DNA of 64,000 nucleotides, taken from an uncultured Phycisphaerales bacterium. Lineage in GTDB: Bacteria > Planctomycetota > Phycisphaerae > Tepidisphaerales > Tepidisphaeraceae. This document shows, piece after piece, positions 1 to 10,178 of this stretch; positions within the stretch are counted from its first letter, which is position 1; the number at the start of each line of letters is the position of its first letter. Made by a program: the position numbers and the translations under genes. The notes beneath the pieces were generated by a model, which was not told where the DNA came from, ran no database searches, and worked only from the letters and a program-made list of their open reading frames with translations. The stretch lies in assembly GCA_963844715.1 (NCBI GenBank), contig CAWJPJ010000007.1:416001-480000 (forward strand), in the 5' to 3' direction.

Positions 1-74
1 GGTGGGCTGGGGTTGGGGTGTTTGTTTTATGTTGATCAAACAGTTGCGAGTTGGCCGTCGCGGCGGCCCTTCGG

Positions 75-968
75 CTAGGGCCTGTCTGATGAATCGCTTT
101 TGGTTATAAATAGCGGTTTTCAGACGAGGTGTCACGGATGCGACGTTATGAGCTCACGGATGAGCAGTACGAGTTGATCGGCGATCTGCTGCCCGGCAAC
201 GGCAAGCGCGGCGGGCAGTGGAACGACCACCGCACCACGCTCAACGGCATGTTCTGGATTCTGCACTCGGGCGCTCAATGGCGCGAGATGCCCGAACGTT
301 ACGGCAGATGGCAAAGCGTCTACGACCGCTTCAACCGCTGGAGAAAGGACGGAACGATTGATCGAATCCTCCAGCGGCTGCAGATGAGGTTGGACAAGCA
401 AGGACGAATCGACTGGGACCTGTGGTGCATCGACGGCACCAATGTGCGAGCCAGTCGATCCGCCGCCGGAGCCAGAAAATCAAAACCGCCCCGGAAGAAC
501 CGGCGGATCACGCGTTGGGCCGCAGCCGAGGCGGGTGGGGCAGCAAGCTCCACCTGGTTACTGACGGCCAGGGAGTTCCGCTCGCCGTCGAGGCCAGCGC
601 CGGCCAATGCCACGAGAGCCGGTACGTGGAGCCGGTGATGAACGCGATGCGCATTCGGTCGCCGCCGTCGTCGCCCCAGGAGGCTGGCGGGCGACAAGGG
701 ATACAGTTACGGAAATGTGCGGCGATGGCTGCGTCGCCACCGAATCCAAGCGGTGATCCCGGCGAAATCGAATCAGCCGCCGCAGGAGAACTTTGATCGC
801 AAGGCGTATCGCCGACGGAACGTGGTGGAGCGTTGCGTGAATTGGATGAAGGAGAATCGCCGCCTGGGCACGCGTTACGAGAAACTGGCGGTGAACTTTC
901 AGGCCATGGCCAAGCTCGCCATGATCCGTCGCTATTTCAGGATTTTGGATTCATCAGACAGGCCCTAG
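75..968 (+). mobile_element. IS5-family (IS427-like) insertion sequence, copy 1, including flanking CTAG
   Basis: Perfect inverted ends ctagggcctgtctgatgaatc (75-95) and gattcatcagacaggccctag (948-968); encodes a split IS5 transposase; near-identical inverted copy at 61825-62717. Confidence 0.95.
138..968 (+). CDS. IS5-family transposase (two-frame; extra 1-nt insertion at ~654 in this copy)
   Basis: N-part RRYELTDEQY..GAQWREMPERYG.WQSVYDRFNRW, IDGT; C-part GRSRGGWGSKLHLVTDG, ADKGY-like, YRRRNVVER, TRYEK; GAGG RBS at 126-129. Confidence 0.92.
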
Positions 969-1217
969 TTGCCAGTTGCGAGGCGGGGGGAGAGGTCGAT
1001 TTTCGGGGTTAATATCGCGGCTGGGGGATCAAAAAAAAGAAAATGCATATGTTGGTAGCAAGAAGATTTAATTTTTGCCGATGGGCGCAAGGGGCGGGGG
1101 GATAAGGGGATGGGAATGAATGGCGAAAAATCGATACATGGATTTTCGAATAATTGATAGTTGCGCATTGGGGGAGATTTTCCGCGCGACAAAGCCCAAA
1201 GACTCCCGCTGGTTCTC

Positions 1218-1556
1218 TTAGGTGAGTTGTGTCTCGATATAGCAGAACAAGGCGATCAGACCCGTCATCCATAGAATCGTTGCGATGCATCCGATCAGGG
1301 CCAGATTTCGGCCTCGCAGATGGGGATGCCTCGACACCCACGTATAAGTCAAACAGCAATAAATAATCACCGGGATACCGATTGCCGCCACACAACCGCT
1401 GCCGACCGTTGAGATGCCGTAGGCTATACCCGTGAGGTGCACGACAAACACCATGATTGGCCCGCAGCAAACTCCCAGGATCACTGCGAAGATGGCTGCC
1501 GTGCTCCAGCGTCGCGTGCTTTCCGTGTGGTAGTCAAGCTGGATCGGGTTGTTCAT
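1218..1556 (-). CDS. Small membrane protein (DUF4190-like)
   Basis: 112 aa, three hydrophobic segments, LRGRNLALIG motif, N-terminal LDY motif. Confidence 0.6.
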   Translation of the reverse strand: MNNPIQLDYHTESTRRWSTAAIFAVILGVCCGPIMVFVVHLTGIAYGISTVGSGCVAAIGIPVIIYCCLTYTWVSRHPHLRGRNLALIGCIATILWMTGLIALFCYIETQLT

Positions 1557-1909
1557 ATAACAGTTTGGGCGTTTGGCACTGGATCGGCTTAATTATACCG
1601 GTTTCTATCTAACCGGGGATTTTTTTCGGGTGGGGTTTCCGTGCCTCCCGAGTGCGCTGGCTCGAATATGAAAGCGCGTTTTCGATGCGATGATCGTTGG
1701 CTGGCCTGCTGTGATGGATGAAGCCTTTTGCGAATGAGAGAAGGGTTTTGCTGTCTGCGGCGGCAAATGGCAGGGGTTTTCGCCTTTGCGGCGACTTCGA
1801 CGCGTCCTTCACAGCCCGGGTTGAAATGGGGGCCAACAGACGCTTTGAAACTCGAAGGCCGTAGGCTAACCTTTTGCTTACCGCATGAGCCGCAAATCTG
1901 ACAGCGCAG

Positions 1910-2977
1910 GTGTCGAAGTTGCCTTGTCCGAAACTCTGCGCAAAGGTGAAGGGCGAAGTGATTAAACTCGCCGCTCCCGCTAAGGCCCAAAAATATGAAG
2001 AAGGATCACCCGCCTCAGATTTCTCCGACTTCGTTCCTGCGGAAGTCGCCGACCTAAAGGATTCTCAACGGGACATTCCCCGGATAGCCCGCGATCCGAA
2101 ATTAACGGCTCTGATCGAATCAGCGGTTCAGAAGATACCCACCCGCCACTCTCTTTACCGCCGCGATGCGCGCGATTTACGCGACTTCGCCGCGGAAAGC
2201 GTTCACCTGGTTCTAACGTCGCCTCCCTATTGGACTCTGAAGGAATACCGGGATGCCAGCGGGCAATTGGGCCATATCGTCGACTACGAAGAATTTCTTT
2301 CCCAGCTCGACAAGGTCTGGCGGGAATGCCATCGCCTGCTCGTTCCCGGCGGGCGCCTCATCTGCGTGGTCGGCGACGTCTGCCTATCGCGGCGAAAAAA
2401 CGGCGGCCGCCACACCGTCGTCCCTCTCCACGCGTCGATTCAAGAACGCTGCCAGTCGATCGGCTTCGATAATCTCGCCCCGATCATCTGGCACAAGATC
2501 GCCAACGCCGCCTTCGAAGTCGAAGGCAACGGCGGCGGCTTCCTCGGAAAGCCCTACGAACCAAACTCGGTCATCAAAAACGACGTGGAATTCATCCTCA
2601 TGCAACGCAAGCCGGGCGGCTATCGCACCCCCTCCATTCCGGAAAGGGTCCTCAGCGTCATCTCCGCCGAAAACCACAAAAAATGGTTCCAGCAAATCTG
2701 GTCCGGCCTCACCGGAGCCTCAACACGATCCCACCCGGCCCCGTTCCCGCTGGAACTAGCCGAACGTCTGGTACGAATGTTCAGTTTCGTCGGCGATACC
2801 GTCCTCGACCCTTTCATGGGCACCGGAACCACGAATCTCGCGGCTGCTAAATGGGGGAGAAACAGTATTGGCGTGGAAGTCGACTCACATTACTTCAGCC
2901 TCGCCGAGCAGCGAATAAACTCCGGTAGCTCGGATCTTTTTCGTGCCGCGTCCGTAACGGCTCATCACAGCGAATGA
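1910..2977 (+). CDS. Beta-class N4-cytosine/N6-adenine DNA methyltransferase
   Basis: Motif IV LTSPPYW precedes motif I VLDPFMGTGTT; HPAPFP motif. Start codon uncertain. Confidence 0.93.
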   Translation: MSKLPCPKLCAKVKGEVIKLAAPAKAQKYEEGSPASDFSDFVPAEVADLKDSQRDIPRIARDPKLTALIESAVQKIPTRHSLYRRDARDLRDFAAESVHLVLTSPPYWTLKEYRDASGQLGHIVDYEEFLSQLDKVWRECHRLLVPGGRLICVVGDVCLSRRKNGGRHTVVPLHASIQERCQSIGFDNLAPIIWHKIANAAFEVEGNGGGFLGKPYEPNSVIKNDVEFILMQRKPGGYRTPSIPERVLSVISAENHKKWFQQIWSGLTGASTRSHPAPFPLELAERLVRMFSFVGDTVLDPFMGTGTTNLAAAKWGRNSIGVEVDSHYFSLAEQRINSGSSDLFRAASVTAHHSE

Positions 2978-2981
2978 CCCA

Positions 2982-3755
2982 ATGAAACTCGACCCGCAGC
3001 TACGCAAAGCCGTCAAGCAGTTCTGGCTAACCCGCGAATCCCAGTCACAGAAGCAAGGCGCCGCGACCGGCCAGCGCGACGCCGGTGCTCGCACCGCCGT
3101 CACCGGCGGCAAGCAGATGAACGGGTTCGTCAATCTAGTTCGAGATATGCTCGTTGCGGGCGGCATCCCCAAGCCTTCCGTCTACTGCGAGAAAAGCGTC
3201 GAGCTTCCGGGATTCTTTCGACCCGAAAAATGTTGGGATCTGCTGGTCGTCGTCGAAGGAAGCCTGATCGCATCGATAGAATTCAAATCCCAAATCGGTC
3301 CCTCGTTCGGCAACAATTACAACAACCGGACCGAGGAGGCCCTGGGCAACGCCACCGACATCTGGGCGGCCTTCCGTGAAGGCGCGTTCAAGCCCTCCGC
3401 CCGCCCCTGGCTCGGCTATCTCATGCTGCTGGAGGAAACTGAAAAGTCCACCGCGCCCGTTCGCCCGCGCGAACCGCATTTCAAGGTCTTCCCCGAGTTC
3501 AGGGATGCCTCTTATGCCAAGCGGTACGAAATTCTGCTCATGAAGTTATTGCGAGAGCGACTCTACGATGGAACTTGCTTTCTTCTCTCGGACCGAATCT
3601 CTGGCCTCCGTGGCGGCTACCGCGAACCCAATCCCGAATTGAGTTTTAGAAAATTCGCCGAAGGATTGCTGGCTCGTGCGGTAGCACATGTGCGTACGTC
3701 GGCGCTCAATCCTGCCGCCCTGAAGAAGGTTAAGGCTAGATCAAGCAAACGATAA
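2982..3755 (+). CDS. Type II restriction endonuclease, XhoI/PaeR7I family
   Basis: KCWDLLVV..EFKSQIGPSFGNNYNNRTEEALG..PWLGYLMLLE resembles the XhoI family; 4 nt downstream of the MTase. Confidence 0.88.
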   Translation: MKLDPQLRKAVKQFWLTRESQSQKQGAATGQRDAGARTAVTGGKQMNGFVNLVRDMLVAGGIPKPSVYCEKSVELPGFFRPEKCWDLLVVVEGSLIASIEFKSQIGPSFGNNYNNRTEEALGNATDIWAAFREGAFKPSARPWLGYLMLLEETEKSTAPVRPREPHFKVFPEFRDASYAKRYEILLMKLLRERLYDGTCFLLSDRISGLRGGYREPNPELSFRKFAEGLLARAVAHVRTSALNPAALKKVKARSSKR

Positions 3756-3854
3756 CCCGCTCCCACGCCAGCCGATGATGGTGTCTGGGACCATTCATGC
3801 ACCGGGCTGCCAACTAAAACAGAGGAGGCGAGCGGGCTCGCATTTTGGAGCTTT

Positions 3855-5054
3855 TCACACCTCGAGCATGAGGCGGCCGGGGTCTTCCAGGTATTGCTTG
3901 ATCCTTACGAGGAAACTTACGGATTCCCTCCCATCGACCAGGCGGTGGTCGTAGCTGAGGGCTACATACATCATGTGGCGGATTTCGATCTTGTCGGCGA
4001 CGACCATGGGGCGTTTTTGGATGGTGTGCATTCCCAAGATTCCGGACTGCGGGGGGTTCAGGATCGGCGTCGAGAGGAGCGAGCCGAATACTCCTCCATT
4101 GGTGATCGTGAAGGTTCCGCCGGCGAGTTCGTGCAGGGCTAGTTTTCCTTCGCGGACGGCGCCTGCGACGCGTTTGATCTCTGATTCGAATCTTGCGAAG
4201 GACATTTGATCGGCATCCTTCAGCACGGGGACCGCCAAGCCCCGCTCCGTGCTGACGGCTATGCCTAGGTTCACGTACTGGTGATAGATCACCTCATCGC
4301 CGTCGATGAAGGCGTTCAATCTTGGGAATTCTTTAAGTGCCAGGACGGTGGCGCGTGCGAAGAAGGACATGAAGCCTAGGCCGACGCCGTAGAGTTCCTG
4401 GAAGCGTTCTTTGTAGCGGTTGCGGAGATCGACGATGGTTGTGAGGTCGATTTCATTGAAGGTGGTGAGGATGGCGGCCGTGTGCTGGGCCTGGACGAGG
4501 GTTTGGGCGATTCGCTTGCGGATTTTGCTCATCCCCACGCGAGCGACGCCGGAGTTGTCGAATTGGATCGGCGAGCTGTCTGCCGCCGGCGCGGATGACG
4601 GCGCAGCCGCCGGCGCGACGGAGGAACTGGGCGGCCCGGCGGGGATCTCCCTCTTTTTCGCCGCCGGTGCGGCAGGCGATGATCTTTCCGGCGGTTTTTC
4701 CGCAGACTTTTCCGCGGGGGGCGGCGCAGTCTTTTTCGCCGACGGAGGCGCCGATACCGGCGCCGATGTCTGCGCTGCCGGGGCGGATTTCGCTGGGGCC
4801 GCTGGTTTCGTTGCCGCGGCCGCGCCATCGATTTGCGCGATGGCTTCGCCGACGTTTACGGTGTCGCCCTCTTTTTTCAATCGGCGGAGAGTTCCTGCTA
4901 AGGGGGACGGGATGTCGACGTTGGCTTTGTCGGTTTCCAATTCGCAAATGGGCTCGTCGATTTGGACGGCGTCGCCGTCGGATTTGTGCCATTTCAGGAG
5001 TTTGGCTTCCTTGATGGATTCGCCTAGTTCGGGGACGGGAACGGGAGTGGGCAT
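3855..5054 (-). CDS. sucB: 2-oxoglutarate dehydrogenase E2, dihydrolipoyllysine succinyltransferase
   Basis: Lipoyl motif ETDKA, catalytic [32 protein letters not shown]; downstream of sucA. Confidence 0.95.
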   Translation of the reverse strand: MPTPVPVPELGESIKEAKLLKWHKSDGDAVQIDEPICELETDKANVDIPSPLAGTLRRLKKEGDTVNVGEAIAQIDGAAAATKPAAPAKSAPAAQTSAPVSAPPSAKKTAPPPAEKSAEKPPERSSPAAPAAKKREIPAGPPSSSVAPAAAPSSAPAADSSPIQFDNSGVARVGMSKIRKRIAQTLVQAQHTAAILTTFNEIDLTTIVDLRNRYKERFQELYGVGLGFMSFFARATVLALKEFPRLNAFIDGDEVIYHQYVNLGIAVSTERGLAVPVLKDADQMSFARFESEIKRVAGAVREGKLALHELAGGTFTITNGGVFGSLLSTPILNPPQSGILGMHTIQKRPMVVADKIEIRHMMYVALSYDHRLVDGRESVSFLVRIKQYLEDPGRLMLEV

Positions 5055-5133
5055 TGTTATCTCGCTGCGCGAAGTAAAACGCGCCGCACTGGTGCGGGCG
5101 CTAAATGTTCAATGGGGGTATTGTAGGGAATGA

Positions 5134-7966
5134 TCAGTCGCCGCCCAAGCCGGAACCGGGGGCGATTTTTGCGAGTTCCGGATTCGCGGGTTGCGGGGCG
5201 GCGGCGGGTTTGGGCTCGGGGGCGGGGAGTTCGAGGGCGCGGACGAGGATTTCGGCTTCCTCGGCGTCGCTGACTTTCTTGGAGCCAACCGATGGGCTGG
5301 CGGCTTCGTCGCGGCCGGCGTAGATCAATACGGCGGTCTCGGAAAGCATTGGATCGAGCCGATCGGACATGAACGTCCAGGCGCCGCGATTTCGCGGCTC
5401 TTCCTGCACCCAGCAGATTTCGTGGGCATTGCGGTATTTGGCCAGGATGCCCTGAATTTCCTTTTGCGGGTAGGGGTAAAGCTGCTCGACGCGGACGAGG
5501 GCGACGTCTTCGAGGCCGACGCGTTTTCGAGCGGCTTCGAGGGCGAAATAAATCTTTCCGGAGCAGAAGAGGATGCGGCGGACGCGCTCGCGGTTGGGAT
5601 TGTTGGGGTCGTCGATGAGGACCTGAAAGGAGCCGTCGGTGAAATCGGTCAGCGGGGAGATGGCGTCGCGCAAGTTGGCCTTGGGCATCATCAGAACCAG
5701 GGGCTTGCGGAAGTTCCGCTTCATCTGGCGGCGCAGAACGTGGAAATATTGCGCCGGGGTGCTGGGATACACGACCTGGATGTTGTTCTCGGCACAGGAG
5801 GCGAGGAAGCGGTCGAGATACGCATAGGAGTGTTCGGGCCCGGAGCCTTCGTAGCCGTTGGGGAGGAGCATGACCAGGCCGGACATTTTTTGCCACTTGG
5901 ATTCGGCGGCGACGATGAACTGGTCGATGATCGGCTGGGCTTCGTTCACAAAATCGCCGAATTGTGCTTCCCAAACGACGAGGTTTCTGGGGTCGGCGGA
6001 AGAGAAGCCGTATTCGAAGCCGAGGACGGCCAGTTCGGAGAGCATGGTGTTGACGAAAATGATCGGGGCCTGATCGGGGGAGATATTGGCCAGGGGCGTA
6101 TATTTTTCGCCGTTGTTGTAATCGCGGAGCGCGGCGTGACGATGGGAGAAGGTGCCGCGTTGGGTGTCTTGTCCGACGAAACGGACGGGGGTTCCATCCA
6201 GGACGAGGGAGCCGAGGGCGAGCATTTCGGCGCAGCCCCAATCGACGGGGGTTTTGCCGGTGGCCATGTCGAGTCGGCGGGCCAGCAGGGCCTTGAGTTT
6301 GGGATGGATCGTGAAGGTATCGGGGACGCGGGTGGCGCCTTCGCCGACGGTCTTAAGGATATCCGCGGAGACGGCTGTCTGGGCGGACCAATCGGAGCCG
6401 GCGCGGGAAATTCCTTTCCAGATGCCGCCGAAGGTTCCTCCGGCGGCGCGGCTTGGTTTCGCGGGCTTTGGCGAGGGCTTTGTCGAGGCGCTGGCGGGAC
6501 TCCGCCTTCATTACCTCATATTCTTCGGAAGTGAGGCTGCCTTGCTCGATAAGTCGTTTGGCATAGAGATCGCGGACGGAAGTTTTGGCCGCGATTTCGC
6601 GGGCCATGACCGGCTGGGTGAAGCTGGGTTCGTCCTGCTCGTTGTGGCCATTTTTTCGATAGCACCAGAGGTCGATCATCACGTCGCAGTGAAATTCCTG
6701 ACGGAAGGCGATGGCGAGTCGCCCGGCGTGGAGGCAGGCCTCGGGGTCGTCGCCGTTCACGTGGAAGATGGGGGCCTGGATCATTTTCGCGACGTCGGTG
6801 GGGTAAGACGTAAAGCGGCCCTGGCGCGGGAGGGTCGTGAAACCGATTTGATTGTTGACGATGACGTGGACGGTGCCGCCGGTGCGGTAGTAGGGGAGTT
6901 CGGAGAGGGCCAAGGTCTCGGGGACGATTCCCTGTCCGCAGAAGGCGGCGTCGCCGTGCAGGAGAATGGGGACGACGCGGGTGCGGGTGGCGTGGTCGCC
7001 GAGATAGTTTTGCTTGGCGCGGACGATGCCTACGACGACGGGGTCGACGAGTTCGAGGTGGCTGGGATTGTAGCTGAGGGCGATATGGATTTTCTTGCCC
7101 TCGCGCAGGGCGCGATCCTGGGCGTAGCCCAGGTGATATTTGACGTCGCCGTCGCCCTCGTTGGCGACCAGGGAGATTCCCTCGAATTCGCTGAGGATGA
7201 CTTCGTACGGTTTGTTGAGGACGTGCGCCAGGACGTTGAGTCGCCCGCGATGGGCCATGCCCATGACGACTTCCTGGATGCCGAGGTTTGCGCCGTCGTT
7301 GACCAGGGTATTGAGGAGCGGGATGAGTGATTCGCCGCCTTCGAGGCCGAAGCGTTTTTGGCCCTGGTGCTTGACGGCGAGGAAATCCTCGAAGCCCTGA
7401 GCGGCGACGAGTTCGTAAAGGAGGGCCTTTCGCTCCGCAGGTGTGAGGGCGGGGCGGTTGAGATTGGGCTCCATACGCTGGAGGAGCCAATCGCGCTGGG
7501 TTTTGTCGGAGATATTGGTGAACTCGACGCCGATGGTGCTGCAATAGGTGGTGCGCAGCTTGGCGAGAAGATCGCGAAGGGTTCCGTCGAACGGGCCGAG
7601 GAAATCGCTGTGGGTGACGCGTTTGTCCAGATCGGAGAGCCCGAGGCCGAACTGGCTGAGTTCGAGGAGCGGATGGGTGTCGCGGTTGTGGCCGAGGGGG
7701 TCGAGCTGGGCGATGAAGTGGCCTAGCTCGCGATAAGAATGGACCAGGTTTTTGACTTCAACGCCGGCTTTGGCGTCATGGGGTTGCGGGGATTCCTTGT
7801 CGCTGAAGGCGCCGGTAAGGGAGACGGCTTTGCCGCCGGCTGCTTCGAAACCGGCGAAGAAGGCTCGCCAGTAGGAGTCGACGGAGTCGGCGTCGGCCTG
7901 ATACTGCTGGTAGAGTTGGTCGATGTAGTCGGCGTTTGCCCGGTTGACGAAGTCCAGCGATTCCAT
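5134..7966 (-). CDS. sucA: 2-oxoglutarate dehydrogenase E1 (frameshift at ~6445)
   Basis: GMAHRGRLNVL, GDVKYHLG, HGDAAF, RGTFSHRH, WEAQFGDF, GPEHS across ORFs 6353-7966 and 5134-6267. Confidence 0.95.
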
Positions 7967-8358
7967 GGTAGAGATGAACCTTAGCGACGCACCATTATAG
8001 GCTGCAAGTCATCCGTGACCTGCTTTAAGCCGGCGCGGGAGCGAGGAAGATACTATACCTTAACTCGCGGGCAAATGTGTGTCATTGCCCAAAGCGCCGG
8101 TGATCGAACCGACGATCCGGCCTATAGTTACATCGTCCTTTGCAGCCCGCACCCTGAAACAATGCGCAGGCGTTTTTGCAGTAGACACGGCGGACCCCGT
8201 GGACGATGGGAGCGGGAATAAAAACTATATAAGTCATTATTTTATGTGAGGTTATGTGACTGCAAGGTTTAGCTTGGGTCGCTTCGGGCATGGTTTGGGG
8301 GTATTTTCTCTCAGAGAGCGGCGCGTACAATCGGTTTTAGACGATATTCGAACGGCTT

Positions 8359-8898
8359 ATGGCATCTGACTTGATGTATTGTCCTGACTGCGGCGGGCTG
8401 ATCGGTGCGACGGAGACGACCGATGAGGGGCGGCCGTGCACATGTTTTAAGACTTACGCCTCGGCGTCGCCGCCTTCAGACGGGGGAGCGGACACATCGG
8501 TTATGGGGCAGCAGGTGGTCGCCAAGGCGAAGGTATGCTGCAAGTGCGGGAAGGACCTTTCGGGCAAAAAGCGGTTGCGGGACAGCCTGGGATACTGGTG
8601 CGTGGAGTGCCATCGGGCGGACGAGGCGGCCAACGCGCCCAAAGGGGTGAAATGCGCGGAGTGCGGACGAGTCGTGGCGGAGGGGGCGATCACCAATTAC
8701 GACGGGATCAAGATTTGCGGGCGATGTCTTGAAGATCGAAAGGAACAGGCGAAGCGCGACCGGAAGTTCGGCAAGGTGGACGACCGGTCGTTTAAGGAGC
8801 ACGAAAAGCAGCGGCTCTATTTGTTTCTGGGGATATTGGGAGTTTTGTTCCTAATAATTGTGCTACGAGCGTTGCATTTGCTGGGCAATATGTTTTGA
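8359..8898 (+). CDS. Multi-CxxC zinc-finger protein with C-terminal transmembrane helix
   Basis: CPDC, CTC, CCKC, CVEC, CAEC, CGRC motifs; hydrophobic C-terminus. Confidence 0.75.
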   Translation: MASDLMYCPDCGGLIGATETTDEGRPCTCFKTYASASPPSDGGADTSVMGQQVVAKAKVCCKCGKDLSGKKRLRDSLGYWCVECHRADEAANAPKGVKCAECGRVVAEGAITNYDGIKICGRCLEDRKEQAKRDRKFGKVDDRSFKEHEKQRLYLFLGILGVLFLIIVLRALHLLGNMF

Positions 8899-8914
8899 AT
8901 AGCCGCTCAAGCGA

Positions 8915-9340
8915 ATGCCGCAACTGCTCTTCAAACGGAAATACTTTGAAGCGATTCGACGGGGTCGCAAGATGACGACGTTGCGCCGTTGGAAATCGTG
9001 CAAGGTTCATGCGGGGGGTTCCGCGACGACGCCGGGGCTTGGGGTTCTGAAGATTCTCGATTGCCAAAGGGTGAAGCTCCGGAATCTAAAGGATGATGAC
9101 GCGAAGGCGGATGGGTTTGAATCGCTGTCGGACCTGCGGCAGACGTTGAAGCGGCTGTATCCGAACCTGAAGAAGGACGGGAAACAGTGGTACAAGATTT
9201 CGTTCGAGCTGGTATCGGAGGCGGGGTCGAAAGAGAACGGGGAATGGGGGCTGCGGGGTCAAAAAGCGCGATTGGCGAAGCGGGTTCGGGCCGAGCTTGA
9301 CAAGGCGGTGCGACGCAACGGATCATTGCTCGCTCTATGA
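8915..9340 (+). CDS. ASCH domain protein
   Basis: FEAIRRGRKMTTLRRW (GxKxxxxR) and DAKADGF motifs. Confidence 0.8.
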   Translation: MPQLLFKRKYFEAIRRGRKMTTLRRWKSCKVHAGGSATTPGLGVLKILDCQRVKLRNLKDDDAKADGFESLSDLRQTLKRLYPNLKKDGKQWYKISFELVSEAGSKENGEWGLRGQKARLAKRVRAELDKAVRRNGSLLAL

Positions 9341-10130
9341 GCAGTGCGGTCGTTTTGCAGCACGTTCCTTATGCCGGTCCGGGGCGAATTACGCCGATTT
9401 TCAGGGATTTTGGGATACCAGTGGAGATTCGCCGGCTCTATCAGGGGGATGAGGTTCCAACTGATCTGGAAGCGATTCGAATCCTGATCATTCTCGGCGG
9501 GCCGATGGGCGTGGCGGACGTGGGGGATTCGAAATATCCGTTTTTATCGCAGGAAGTGGAGTTGCTGAAGCGGATGATTCATGTGGATCGGCCAGTGCTG
9601 GGGATTGCACTGGGCGCTCAGCTGCTGGCGCATGCGGGGGGGCGAAGGTTTGTCCGCTGACGCGGCCGGGGGCGAAGCCGGAGGATCCGCCGGTGCCGGC
9701 GCCGGAATTGGGATGGGGCCCGGTGACGTTTCCATTTCCGGGCGGGACGGAGCCGATTGTGCTGGGGATGATGGACGGGGCGCCGATGTTTCACTGGCAT
9801 TTTGACGCCTTTGATTTGCCGAAGCTTCCACCGCCGCCGGGCGCGCCGCCCAATGCTGCGACGGGGAGCGCGCTGTTGAGTTCGAGCCGGGCGTGCAAGA
9901 ACCAGGCGTTTCGGTTCAAGAACCGGTTGTTCGGATTTTTATATCACATCGAATGCACGCAGCCGGAGATCGAAGGGATCGTCGGGGCGGGTCGGCAGGA
10001 GGCGGCGAAGTGGTTGGGGCCGGATGGGGATACGAAGATTCGGCAGGAGACCGGGAAAGTGTACTCGCGCTACGATCGATTGTGCGCTCGCCTGCTGGGG
10101 AATGTGGTGCAATTTTTGAAGGTTTATTGA
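9337..10130 (+). CDS. Class I glutamine amidotransferase-like protein (frameshift near G-run ~9640; nucleophile reads Ala)
   Basis: VLQHV..GPG, ILGGPMGV, LGIALGAQLLA, ELGWGPV, FHWH, YHIE; ATGA overlap with the ASCH gene. Confidence 0.85.
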
Positions 10131-10178
10131 TTTCTGCGCGGGGAACCGCGAAGGTCCCGATGCTGGGGCCATTAGGTT

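Noticed and set aside
41..990. cagttgcgag at 41-50 and 973-982 as a long target duplication; gttgcgaggcgggg shared with ~60188
   Set aside because: Not adjacent to the IS ends, and CTAG already explains the insertion; the matches are too short to support homology.
3828..3846. Hairpin gcgag-cggg-ctcgc plus atttt as a terminator
   Set aside because: A 5-bp stem and short T tract are too weak to call.
5191..7330. Long antisense ORFs (5191-6534, 6152-7330; likewise 23834-25423, 45834-47216)
   Set aside because: Shadow frames of well-supported opposite-strand genes in GC-rich DNA; no motifs.
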